64,000 bases of DNA from Octopus sinensis (lineage: Eukaryota), in assembly GCF_006345805.1 (NCBI RefSeq), contig NC_042999.1, positions 34,100,001-34,164,000 on the forward strand, given 5' to 3'. Below, piece by piece: positions 51,382 through 64,000 of this stretch. Each line of letters begins with the position of its first letter. Within the stretch, counting starts at the first letter, position 1. The translations under genes and the position numbers were made by a program. The notes below the pieces were generated by a model that was given only the letters and a program-made list of their open reading frames with translations, was not told the origin of the DNA and made no database searches.

Positions 51382-52134
51382 CATAAGGTATATGCATATA
51401 CATATATGTATGTAGTTATTTATATTCCTCCATGTAGATATATGTATATATACACACACCTAAAGGTTAGCATACTTGAAATATGGATTCATACATAAAA
51501 AAAAGATGGATGAATTTCTGTCAGTTCAAACTATGGAAATACGATTATTCGATCAAGAGATTTTTTCTGCTCAATAAATTAACGATTATATTGGCTGAAG
51601 TATCGACATCAACATTTAACGTTATTCCCAGTGAATATCAGCCAATTACACAAAAGGTCAAAGATGCACTGTCAATCCAATGGGACCCTATACAATTTGC
51701 GCTGAAGCAATATTACTCAGAAAATACGTATTGAAATAATGCCATAAAAACGGGCTTTTACTGAGATACTGTGCACTGTTATCGAACCTGTATTTTGTGT
51801 TTTACATTCGAGTAGTTTAGCCATTGAACCATTTTATAAGTGTACATATGTGTGTGTGTGTGTTTGTGCGTGTGTGTGTGTGTGTGTGTGTGTAGATGTA
51901 TGTATGTATATACAATCATGCATATTCATACACACACAAACATAAATTCCATTTCTTTCGAAATCTGTTATAATTTCAACTGGATTACCGAATGTCATAA
52001 GCTGCTGTGCAGATTTTATAATCCACGTTTACCTCACATTGAGAAATAACATCTCCACCCGTCTTTTCACAAACTCGCGTGCACGCATTTACACACACAC
52101 ACGCACACATTCAGAGACATACACATTCACTCTC

Positions 52135-52310
52135 ATGTATGTATGTATGTATGTATGTATGTATGTATGTATGTATGTATGTATGTATGTATGTATGTAT
52201 GTATGTATGTATGTGTGTGTATGTATGTATGTATGTAATGTATGTATGTATGTATGTATGTATGTATGTGTGTGTATGTATGTATGTATGTATGTATGTA
52301 TGTATGTATG
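52135..52310 (+). repeat. (TATG)n tetranucleotide array
   Basis: Read directly from the sequence. Confidence 0.95.
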
Positions 52311-52429
52311 TATCTATTTGTTTGTGTGCGTGCCTGTGTGTGTGCGGATACATGCATGTCCATGTGTCTGAGTATTCAATGTGATGCAAATGTGATTGCG
52401 AATATGTGTGTGAGAGTGTGTGCGTGTGT

Positions 52430-52466
<37 letters not shown>

Positions 52467-52964
52467 CGTATGTGTGTGTGAGAGATAGAGAGAGACAAAC
52501 AGGCCGACAGACAGACAGACAGGCAGTGACAGGCACAAATATTTTATGTATTTGACTGTGATTAAGAACCTCTTTTAATAACCTTGTGTTCCTGAATTCA
52601 AACCGCGTGCCTGGTATGGTGAATAAACCGGGGGAATAAGCTGGTGTAGCGACATGCATCCCAGAGATCGATAGCAAAAGTGAATGGACAAAAACTTTGG
52701 TGAAACCCGTCGGCTAACTGGTGACTGTCATTGAAATGTCCAGCCTCGTCACATATGATGTCGCTCTACGTCACATCATCTCAGAATGATTACACTTGCG
52801 AATTAAATTACGAGTGCACGTGTCTAAGCAATATTGCAATATTCAATCACTTTTTACATACTGACATATGTTTGAGGACTGGGTCATTCACCTTTATATA
52901 TGTATATATATGTGTGTGTGTATGTATATATATATATATATATATTGACGCAGATGTAGGACAA

Positions 52965-53265
52965 AGTTAGCTTCTCAGCCGCGCACAGTTTCCAGTTCAG
53001 TTACGTTGCTTGGCACTTTTAGCGCGTCTTCTATTATATAGCCTCAGGCTAACCAAAGACCTGTCAGTGGATGTGATAGACGGAAATTAAAAAAAGCCCG
53101 TGGTATGTATGTATGTATGTGTGTGTGTGCGTGTTTGTGTGTATGTGTGTGAGTGTGATTTTTTGAGAGTGTGTGGTAGGACTGCTCCCCGCCACCGCGT
53201 GACAACCGGTGTTTATGTCCGTGGTACTTAGATCGATAAAAGATAATGATAGAATAAGTACCTTG
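52965..53265 (+). mobile_element. SINE family B, diverged
   Basis: GCCTCAGGCTAACCAAAGACC...GACGGAAATTAAAAAAAGCCCGT...GACAACCGGTGTTTATGTCC...GATAGAATAAGTACC. Confidence 0.7.
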
Positions 53266-53297
53266 TTTTAATATATATATATATATGTGTGTGTGTG

Positions 53298-53328
<31 letters not shown>

Positions 53329-53416
53329 AATATATATATATGTATATATATATATACACACACATATGTATACGTATGTATATATACATGTATGTATATA
53401 TATATATATGTGTATG

Positions 53417-53466
<50 letters not shown>

Positions 53467-54361
53467 TAGATAGATAGATAGGTATATATATATATATATG
53501 AATATATAAATATATATAAATACATGCATATATACATACATACACACACACACATATATATATATATATATGTGTGTCTGTGTGTGTGTGTGTGCCTAAG
53601 GGCGTATATTGATGTAAAATCTACCAGATGTGAACGTGTAAACAATCAGAATTCATTACACCTAATCTTTCCTGGATTGAAATTCCTATGGGTAATGGGG
53701 ACGGTGAACTCTGCATGCATGAAAGAAGATTTACCTGTTTCCTAACGAATATGTGGTTTCACTTCTTCTGATGGTAAAATAGTGCATAATTTATTTTTAA
53801 TGTTTCATCATATATTACAAATTATCGAAAGCAAAGTTAAACACATTTATGCGAGATACAACAGGAATAACAGTAAACATTTGTTGAAGATAATATTTGG
53901 AGAATTTCCGACAGAAGTGCCAGTTCTAAGTTTTGTCCGAAATCTGCATACTTTTAAAAACTTTTTATATATTTCTACAATACACAATTGTTATAATGCT
54001 ATGTCAGCATAGGCTGTGATTTTAATATCTTTTTTGTTGCTTATTCTCCATGCAATTACCTTAGTCAAATAATACTAATTACGATTTCTAGGAGCTCAAA
54101 CACAAACTAATGAACAAAAGTATAAAAAAAACTGAGCAGATGAAGATGAAGTATGCAAAAACAACAAACAAATATAGAATTAAAAGATTTCAGGAAATTG
54201 ATCAATTTCATAAATATTTACCTAACCTTGCAACATGATTTGCATTAAGGAGAGGTTTACGGGCGTCACCAATGTATGCATTCGCTTCATAATTTGCACA
54301 CGATTCGACATGTGTATATTTGAGTGTGTGCTAGTGAACGTTTACACGTGTATATATGTAT

Positions 54362-54585
54362 TACGGTTACGACGACGAGGGTTCCAGTTAATCCGATCAA
54401 CGGAACATAAGTTGCATGTGGCTGAGCACTCCACAGACACGTATGCCCTTCACGTAGTTCTCGGAGAGACTCAGCGTGATACAGAGTGTGACAGGGGTGG
54501 TCCTTTCAAATACAGGCACACCAGAAACAGGAAGGAAGAGTAAGAGAAAGTTTGTGGTGAAAGAGTACGGCAAGGTTCGGCACAC
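54362..54585 (-). mobile_element. SINE family C body with an alternative 3' tail
   Basis: Minus strand contains TACTCTTTCACCACAAACTTTCTCTTACTCTT, matching the 20412-20445 body, then a different tail ending GGAACCCTCGTCGTCGTAAC. Confidence 0.65.
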
Positions 54586-54608
54586 ACACACACACATACC
54601 CCCCCCCC

Positions 54609-54724
<116 letters not shown>

Positions 54725-54736
54725 CATATATATATA

Positions 54737-54777
<41 letters not shown>

Positions 54778-54887
54778 AATTAGAAGCTAACGCATTGGGA
54801 ATATATTCCCTTACGCCTAAAGGGCAGCCGACCTAGCAACACACCTTGTGTATGTGTGTTCGATATTGTTTATATATATGTAAATAC

Positions 54888-54947
<60 letters not shown>

Positions 54948-55404
54948 TATATTTATATATATAAACACACACATGTATATATATATATACACACACAGGA
55001 GCACTTACTCACACACGCATTCACACAGGCATACATATTCATATATATCGGTAAATACTTCGTTATTTTGGGTCGATAGTAAATGTACCGTTCATGAGTG
55101 GTGAATTGACAGTATTTGTGCTGGTTGTGTGTGTACATAGTTCAAATACCGTTAAAGTACAAATGCTTCTTGGGCTTAATTCTTCGTTCCGCTTTTCCCT
55201 ACTGGGCACCATTTGTTTTTCTCTTTTATTTCATATTTCAAACTAATATTTGTAAGTATTCAAACCGGGAATTTTGGTTAGGGAATACCGTGCACTCTGT
55301 TTCGCACGAGCCTGGCAGGCCCTGAAATTGACTTCGGTCGCACGCTTCCGACTTGCTATAATGGCATGTAACTCATTTCTTAAAATATATATATATGCAC
55401 ACAC

Positions 55405-55488
<84 letters not shown>

Positions 55489-55975
55489 ACACAGACAAAT
55501 GTATTTATATATCAGCATGTGTCGATGTGTTTGTATATATGCTTGTGGATCTGAATTACCGAGTAATCGACTGACAATTTCACACACTCCTGAATTTTTA
55601 ACATCAGTTTCAGCCGCTAGAAACGTGACAGAGTACGTATGACAAGGCTACAGTTTCGAATGAAGCATACATTTTACTCCAAGGGCGGCTATGCTGATTC
55701 TGTCAACTCATTTACACTCAGACGTTGTGGACTGGGCCAGCGTTATGTAAAAACTAGCTTGTGCCCAAGATACCACGTTGTTAAATGGAACATAGGAAGC
55801 AGACTTCTTTAGCATTTCTCGTGGCCGTATATATATATATATGTGTGTGTGTTTCTGTGTGTGTTGTGTGCATGTGTATTTGTCTTCGTGTGTGTATAAA
55901 TGCATATGTATTTAACATATATATGGATACATTCATATATTTATATATATGGATATATACTCATATATACATAAG

Positions 55976-56019
<44 letters not shown>

Positions 56020-56079
56020 TATTGAAGAATATATGTGTGTATATATGTGTATATATATTAATGTGTGTGCACGTACTTA

Positions 56080-56125
<46 letters not shown>

Positions 56126-56142
56126 ATATATATATATATATA

Positions 56143-56259
56143 TCACCGTGATCACCGTGACCGACCAGGCTATCAGGTGTTGCTACACATCGCTGGTCAC
56201 AATGCGTTCGCATTGTTTTAGCCTTCAAATGACGCCACCCTGCTGGCTAAGCGAGCAGG

Positions 56260-56262
<3 letters not shown>
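56143..56262 (-). mobile_element. SINE family C 3' tail fragment
   Basis: Reverse complement of 20452-20560 (GCGAACGCATTGTGACCAGCGATGTGTA). Confidence 0.85.
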
Positions 56263-56340
<78 letters not shown>

Positions 56341-56358
56341 AATCTCTGAACGAGATAT

Positions 56359-56394
<36 letters not shown>

Positions 56395-56737
56395 CACGCG
56401 CATGCATTTAGACATGCATCCATACATACATGCTTACGTACACACATACATACTTGCACGTGTATGTGAGTTTCTCTACATGTATTTATATCAATTTTTT
56501 TATTTTTCAGAAACATACATATAGCCACGCTGAAGATGGTATTTATTACGAATCCGTTGCCGTCTATAACTGCTATAGCTGACAACCTGATCGATAATTA
56601 CTTTTGTAAATATAGTGAGCAATTAAAGAAAATAACAAGTCATACATACTCGTGCGTACACACAAGGAAACAGAAATATAAATGATTTATTTGCGCTATC
56701 TCACTCATTCTCTTTTAAAGTCTATCTCCACCCGCTA

Positions 56738-56768
<31 letters not shown>

Positions 56769-56885
56769 CTCTCTCTCGCTTTACGGCTGTCACACAAATA
56801 TACACACATATACATACAAGTTAGTTAGAGATATCGTCAAATCACCTTCCCAGCGTACATGTGTGTGTATGTTTATATGTATATG

Positions 56886-56938
<53 letters not shown>

Positions 56939-56948
56939 TATATATTCG

Positions 56949-56990
<42 letters not shown>

Positions 56991-57060
56991 ATATATACAT
57001 GTATATATATATACATACATATATATATATATATATATGTACACAAGCAAACACACACAC

Positions 57061-57107
<47 letters not shown>

Positions 57108-60100
57108 CTGTGCATATACAAATGCGTGCATATGTGAAAATTTGTGCGTGCCAGTTTATATAAGTATATATACATTGTGTATTTGCAAATAAATGTGTCT
57201 ATATATGTCTATATATAGTGCATTTGTTCTTACCCACTCATGTATGTATGCATATGAGCATTTGTATATATGCATACATGCATATATGCATATATACACG
57301 CGTATGCGATAAGTTAGAAATAGATGTGTGAATAATCTGCAGTGTGTGTGAACACATATATAGATAGATAGATAGATAGATATATAGATAAATAGATAGA
57401 TAGATAGATTGATTGATTGATTGATTGATTGATAGATATGTATACATATATGCACATATATGTATGTATGTGTGTACGTACGTATGTATGTATGTATGTA
57501 TATATGTATGTATACCAAACATGTAGAAACTATTTCTTAGAAGGTGCCTCAAATAACTATTTTCAACAAATGGAAAACACCTGAAATTGAAATCGTATCC
57601 TTGATGTATATGAAATCAGTAAATTGGATAAATAATTTGAAAACAGAGTTTGAAAACTTACATGCTGCGCAACATGAAGCTGAACTCTGCACACGTGGTA
57701 CTACACTGAAAACAAGTCCGTGGTAGATAAAATATTGAATGAAAACTTTCCTCTCTTTCTTGAGTGTAGAGCTGCTTTCGCTAGCAGTAGCGAATTGAAG
57801 ACTGACTGTGATTCCTAGCTGAAGCTTGGAAGCAACAGCTTCCGCAGTAGCAGCCAGAGCAGCGGTAGAATCAGTGGTGATGTTATTAGCAGCAGAAGTG
57901 GCAGTAGTAAAACAAACCAGCTGTTGATTTTACAAATATATATTTCTACGTGCATCGTGCAGCCTGAATCCTGATTAAATGAAATACCTGCTATGGAATG
58001 TAACATTTAGAGTAAATATGATTTGCTGGTACATGCATACACCCGCGTCAGATTTAGTTTTATGAATACATGTTTCTACGTTTTTGCATTTATATTTGCA
58101 TGCATTTCTCAAAATATGCACACGCATGCATGTGATTTTAATTTTTGCGCACATATTACATGAGATCAACTGCATTTGTTGCATTATTCTTGCATGAGTT
58201 TCTTCACACATTTACCATAAAAATATAGGTGCATGAGCTTCAGACATATTTCTTTGTTTATTTGTGTGTTGGATATAAATTTTTTAAAAAGAAGCACGTG
58301 GAATCCAGTCACCCGATTTTGCATCACCACCAGGTTATGCTCGTTCTGTTATAAATTCTTCGGCCTATTCCCTACCGATATCGGGGTTGCACACTCATTT
58401 GCAAAAGTGTTCGGACTATGTCTCTATTCTGCAGATAACTTTACAACTTTTTCTTTTCGACACTTCATTCACAAAGACCACAAACAGTCAACGCCATAGA
58501 TGCTTCCCTTCCTCCCTTGATAAAATCATGAAATCATGTAACAAAAATTAAACGGTAAGTCATATGCAATTGGAAAATAATCATCATTTGAAGTGAAAAT
58601 GTTGCATGGGGCAAGTACAGTTGTATAATTTCGTTGATGTGTGGCGAGCATTCTCCTGATATCCAAGCAATAAGATTGTTTACATTCGTTTGCTTACCTA
58701 CACTAGTTTTGAGTGTGATGCTCCACAGAAATGGAAATGTTCTATGATTGTGCATTTCCTTAAGACTACAGTGCGCAAAAATGAATGACAGTCAACCGAT
58801 AACATACATTAACTTTATGAACCACCACTGAAATGTATTAATAAAATGAATATGTAGATGCAACTAAAATATGTTTTTTTATGATATATTTAATGCAGAC
58901 TGTATGAATAGCAGCATTCATAATACTTTCTGTTGGAGTGGGGGCGATTGAAGAGACAGCAAATTCATTCAACCTTAGTGCCCTATTGGCAATTTATTTT
59001 ATTAACTCTGGAACTATGAAAGATTAAAGCTATCTCGATGTGCTTTCAATAAAACTAAGATATTTTATGAACAGCACTAATGATTGTCACCCATATGTGA
59101 TATCAATATTCCTTTCTGATTTACTCAAAAGGCTAAAATTCTTGACAGGTTGTCGTAGTTGATAAATGGAACCAAATTTTTAATATCGCCTTGGGCTAAA
59201 TTACACTGGACCTCGACGAGATTTGAACACAAAGTATAAAAGCGGTCGACGCAAATCATTTTTCCGATAATTTAACGATTCTGCCAGATCGCCGATTTAT
59301 GAGTGGCAACAATATTACTAAGAAATTTATGGGTGTTGATTAATATAAATGAAGGTATGAAGGAGGAACTTGCACGTTTGTATGAACTATATCAATGACA
59401 TTTAAAATATAGTTAATTTCTCAGCTGCAACCACATCAACTTTCATAATGTATTTAGCTGCTTTAGGTATTTGATTACATGTAAAACAATCAAATAATTT
59501 GTATGATATAATAAATGGATGGTATAAATGATAGTGTCATCAGATTTAGTAAGGGTTAATAATTATTAAGAAATGAAATATGCAAATTAGTACCCGGAAG
59601 GTTTACTATAAATGTAAGATTTCATTATCATTGATGACCTCCCTTTTGATCACATATTCTCAACAAAACAAATACTGCATTACAAAAACTGGCTCATTCT
59701 GTAGTTAGAACTAACAAGCTGCTAGACTTAGATGAGGCTCTGAATGGATTGCAGTTAACCACATCAGATATGGTGCTATGGTTGCGCACACATATATCCG
59801 AGAACGCATAGCCCGACCGATTGACATGAAATTTCTCACACACACACCTATGATCCACAAACCTGCTCTGTCTGCTTTCTCTGCCGTAGTACAGTGGCCA
59901 CACTTCTTTGGAGATAGCTGATACTATTCCATCTCATTCCCAGTAATCTGATCTACTCTCCTTTCGCCAACCTTGGCGTATCCGATTCCAGACACAGTGT
60001 AAAAACACTACAGGCCGTCCATTCCGATACGTGGGTCCTGTGGAATTCCAATCCAGTTCTTATTATTGAGATATTGGTAATCATGCAACTGTTGAAAAGG

Positions 60101-60999
60101 AACGTTAATAATATCAATGCCACTGATATCATAAGATCTTCCACTTCCATAGCCACAAACCCTGTCTGCAGATGAAATTTTAAAAAAACAATGTACTAGT
60201 TAAGACGTAGTCTTGCAATGAGGGGTTCATTTTTGAGGCACCCATGGATGTAAGTCCAAGCCAATCAGTGTTGTAATTTTCTGAAATAATAGTTCAGTTT
60301 GATATTTGAGTTCTGTTCTAACAAAACATCGAAGTGAATAGGAAATAAGTCTGGGACTCAGAAATAGGTTGAGATAAAGCTATTCCAGAATCGTCGAGCA
60401 GAGATACCTACCGCTTACACAATAATACTGCCTAAACTTCCTGCTTTATCTCTGATTTCAAATAAACAGACTGCTGCGTCTATGCTGTATCGTTTTGGGG
60501 AGAAGGTATGCGTTTATCAGAACAAACGATCTATTTACGTTCTAGAACATCTTAAAAAATCTGCTGTATGCTGTATTTGATGGTCGTGAATTATGTGAAA
60601 TTTACAGTATTTACAGATAGAACATGATAATCTTGCATTGTCATCATACATAAACGTTCGCCAATAAGTCACGTGGAGTTAATAACAACGTAAATTACAG
60701 TTTAGACTGTGAAGTGCTTGTGATTGTATCCTCACCGCTAATTGTTGACCGTCTAAACGACTGTCATTTTCTTCCAAATTACCAAATTACCTATGTAAGT
60801 AATTATTATATCAATGGATATGTGTGTGTGTGCGCGCGCGCATGTGTGTGTATGAAAGTAAGTACGTGTATATATAAAGGGTGGTCGTTAGAACAGCGAA
60901 ACATTCGTGAAATGCTGATTTATATTTTCACAAAATCTGTTTGGGGTAAACACTTAGCGTTACAAAGCGTGATATATTAACACACACAAATGCCCAAAA

Positions 61000-61510
61000 T
61001 ATCCTCTGTGCACTTCGCGACAGAGGTTTCATCAAGAAATCCAGGTCCATGTGGAATTTTAAAGAGTAACTTGAGGGATATCATTCCAAGCACGTTTACA
61101 ATTCATCGAAGGCGGTTATATGGCATCGATATTTCTGTATCTCTGCTAATAAGAAGATCTAGGCACAATAATCCATCACATTTAAATCTGGATTTTCTGA
61201 AGGCCAATCTCTAGGCCCAATAAAATCAGGGGCAGATTACTGAAGAAATCTCTAGCCCTGGCACCATCCTGCTTGTTATGATCACGTACTCATTCGATAA
61301 GTGAAACAACGAATCAGAAACAACCTATCACACAGATTATTGATGATCTCATTAATGCTTGTTACTTTTGCCTCCAAAATTTCCGCATTTCTAGCGAACA
61401 CCCTCTATATACATATAAAACGCAGGATCGTAAGTTCTTCCAGAACTTATAGGCTCATAAGTCCAGTTTTCAGGACTTTTTGGTGTGCACATCCCACCCC
61501 TGAGCGAGAC
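61000..61510 (+). pseudogene. Decayed RTE-type LINE RT fragment
   Basis: GIDIS...LNLDFLKAN and FLANTLYIHIKRRIVSSSRTYRL resemble RTE GI.I...FNL.RL.A and F.YLGSTLS...EI..RI..AS.AFGRL. Confidence 0.45.
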
Positions 61511-61524
61511 GCAGGTCTATCGTA

Positions 61525-61665
61525 GAATTTGCCGGTCATCCTTTCGGGGTTGATAAATTAAGTTTCAGTTACGCACTGGTGTCATTGTAATCGACTTAAT
61601 CCCATTGTTTGTCCTTGTTTGCCACCTCTGTGTTTAGCCCCTTGTGGGTAATAAAGAAATAAGAA
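61525..61665 (+). mobile_element. SINE family A 3' part
   Basis: CATCCTTTCGGGGTTGATAAATTAAG...TGTTTAGCCCCTTGTGGGTAATAAAGAAATAAG. Confidence 0.85.
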
Positions 61666-61786
61666 AATTATTATTATATATATATATTATATATATATAT
61701 ATATATATAGTGAGAATTCATATAGATAGATAGATACATACATACATACACACATACATACATACATACGTACATATATACATACA

Positions 61787-61820
<34 letters not shown>

Positions 61821-62329
61821 CATACATATGTATGTGTATAAGGATGCAGGTGTAGGCAGTTAGTAATGAAAATCGAAATGGAAGGAATTAAGTATATATT
61901 AATGGATATTATATATAAATGAACACATATATTGCTATGTGCGCACGTGTATGTGTGTGCGAGAGAGCTTGGGGGCGCACACATGGTTGGTTGTTCCTTG
62001 TGTCCAAGTATTTCAATTCCATTATAAGTTGACTGCATTAATGAAAGATAACATCGGTTATTATATATAAACAAACGTAGGAGTATGCTACGAGCGTTTT
62101 GTCTTAGACAGTGGCTGATGTTTCATATTATTGTTAATACGATTTTATTGGTTTTTCATGTTTCAATTTTGACGGAGATATCGTAGTGACGCGAGCTGGG
62201 GCGCTAAGGACTTTAGTTTACGATGATTTTGTCTCTAATATCGACATTGTGAACGTTAATAAGTTGATATTTTTAATAGAAGCGTAAGTGACGAAGCATT
62301 CTCTCTCGTTTCCTTTTCATCCCATGTCC

Positions 62330-62660
62330 CAACTGTTGTAGCTGAAACTCCATCATGGTCGATTCTATGCTTGAAAACTTTTTATGGCACCATTATTGCA
62401 TATATAGTTCTCACCTATTGTGATTACGTTGAATGAAATGCTCCACTCTTTTGATTCCCCTTTGATTAAGTGTCCATGATTGAAAACCACATGATAATAT
62501 TGAGATGAAAGTCGCTTGCCCGGTTATAAGTTGCGTTTTTGGTTTTGATGGCTTTGATGGTTATTCTTAAAAGCATGTTTCCTCGGTTTTCTTGAAGTTT
62601 CATGAATTAATACAATTTTGTATGCGACATTGTTTTCCGCAATATAGTGATCGGAGAGAA
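62330..62660 (-). pseudogene. Decayed RTE-type LINE C-terminal fragment
   Basis: KTKNATYNRA...ILSCGFQSWTLNQRGIKRVEHF resembles RTE TK..VY.A...LLYG.E.WTL...KRLE.F. Confidence 0.5.
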
Positions 62661-62751
62661 TATGTAGAATGTTCGTCAGCAGTCGCATAGAATAATTTTA
62701 TCACGAGTCAAGTGTGTACCAACATCATGTTAAATGAATTTATCTTTTCTA

Positions 62752-62820
62752 TTTCTCTGGGTGAGACTTGGAACCAACTTCTACAAATTCAAACAGACGT
62801 TTGCATTTGTGCAAACATAT
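62752..62820 (+). mobile_element. Extreme 3' tip of a Dong subfamily B-related copy
   Basis: TCTCTGGGTGAGACTTGGAACCAACTTCTACAAAT matches the 3' UTR at 16115-16150; followed by (AAT)n. Confidence 0.75.
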
Positions 62821-62837
62821 ATTAATAAAATAATAAC

Positions 62838-62892
<55 letters not shown>

Positions 62893-62894
<2 letters not shown>

Positions 62895-63300
62895 GTAAAA
62901 ATATCACTATAATCTGGGATTTTCCAGTCAACACAGACATAACGATCCAGACTAATCGACCAGATATAGTCTTTAAAGACAGGGAAGAAAATGCTTGGGG
63001 ATTAATAGATGTAACTGTTCCCAGTGATAAAAATATATCTGTAAAGGAATATGACAAATTAAGTAAATATAAGGACCTGAAAATTGAAATACAAAAGATC
63101 TGGCATCTTAAAGCGAAAACAGTTATTATTGTGGGCGCCCAAGTTATTATAAAGAAAGGATGTCAGAAACATACAGATAATATCCCAGCAGACCCATGTA
63201 TCAGAGAGATCCAAAAGATTATGCGGACAATTACTGCCCACGTCCTTAGAAAAACCCTATCACTTTAAACTCGACTGCTCTAAGAAAAGAGAATACTAAA
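62893..63300 (+). mobile_element. 5'-truncated Dong-type LINE of a third subfamily
   Basis: WDFPVNTDITIQTNRPDIVFKDREENAWGLIDVTVPSDKNISVKEYDKLSKYKDLKIEIQKIWHLK...TAHVLRKTLSL* (stop at 63266-63268), directly after (AAT)n. Confidence 0.88.
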
Positions 63301-64000
63301 AATAAACACGACCGCTCCCAAAATTTAGTTTAAAAAAAAACGAAAATTTTCCAGGATCCTTGTCTGGTACGTGATTAATACCAATGGTAAGCATGGAATG
63401 TAAAGATGGGTGTGCGGGCCGTGTTTGTAATGTTGTGTGTGTGTCGTCGCAGTGGCAACAGGGACAATTTTCTCTACGAAGGCCTTTTTTGGCCTATCCA
63501 CTGATAAAGTGTCTTTCCGACCATTAAGTCTATAAAAAAAATTATTCGTGCGTGAAAGAAAACGGAAAGTACTTGCATAAGGTGTTGTTAACGGAGGTTT
63601 AACATCATCGTTGCGCACAAAAACGTGAGCACAACAAGTAAAGCTTCCCTGAAGGCAGAGCTAGATTGCAATTGTCAAGTAGGTAAGAGGTTTTGATCAG
63701 GCCCGAAATATTCTAAATTCGTAGAACTAAAAATCTTAGATGATAAATTAAATTTATTATTGTTACTGAATATGTTAGTGTTATTTAATTTCTGAACGGT
63801 TTTGCTGCCGTTTGTTTATATAGTTTGATTTCATTATCCATCAGATTCTGCTAAGGCAGAGATGCGTGTAACATTGGTAATAAAGAAACGAAAATAAAAC
63901 TTTGGAAACAGCAACACAATCATAACTTACATGGAAACCATGAGCATATTTGAAGGGAGATAATCAGAGAAATACGTAAGATCGTATTATTCTTGTAAAG

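Noticed and set aside
57550-57930. Stop-free frame of ~125 codons on the minus strand
   Set aside because: Half of it is a degenerate (GCA/GTA) triplet repeat and the rest has no recognisable motif.

Overview
AT-rich eukaryotic non-coding DNA, very dense in microsatellites and transposons. The SINE families and repeat landscape look like an octopus/coleoid cephalopod genome (from recall of such repeats, not a database search). No host gene could be firmly identified. The largest elements are (i) a frameshifted, near-complete Penelope-like retroelement (RT plus C-terminal GIY-YIG, ~0.27-4.1 kb) ending in a minimal hammerhead ribozyme with an unusual CUGUUGA core, and (ii) a ~3.96 kb R4/Dong-type non-LTR retrotransposon (Myb-like N-terminus, RT, CCHC, restriction-like endonuclease) sitting inside a (TAA)n array. 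Several 5'-truncated Dong copies of other subfamilies also sit in (TAA)n arrays, and two ancient Dong fossils lie on the minus strand. The rest is decayed mariner and maT transposases, RTE fragments, about 25 SINE copies or fragments from four families, and at least seven MITE-like or foldback inverted repeats, including a perfect 97-bp inverted repeat and a spacer-less 120-bp palindrome carrying a hammerhead-like core. All family assignments come from manual translation and motif recognition. The best leads are the variant hammerhead, the TAA-targeted stacking of Dong elements, and the palindrome; none is demonstrably a new system from this window alone.
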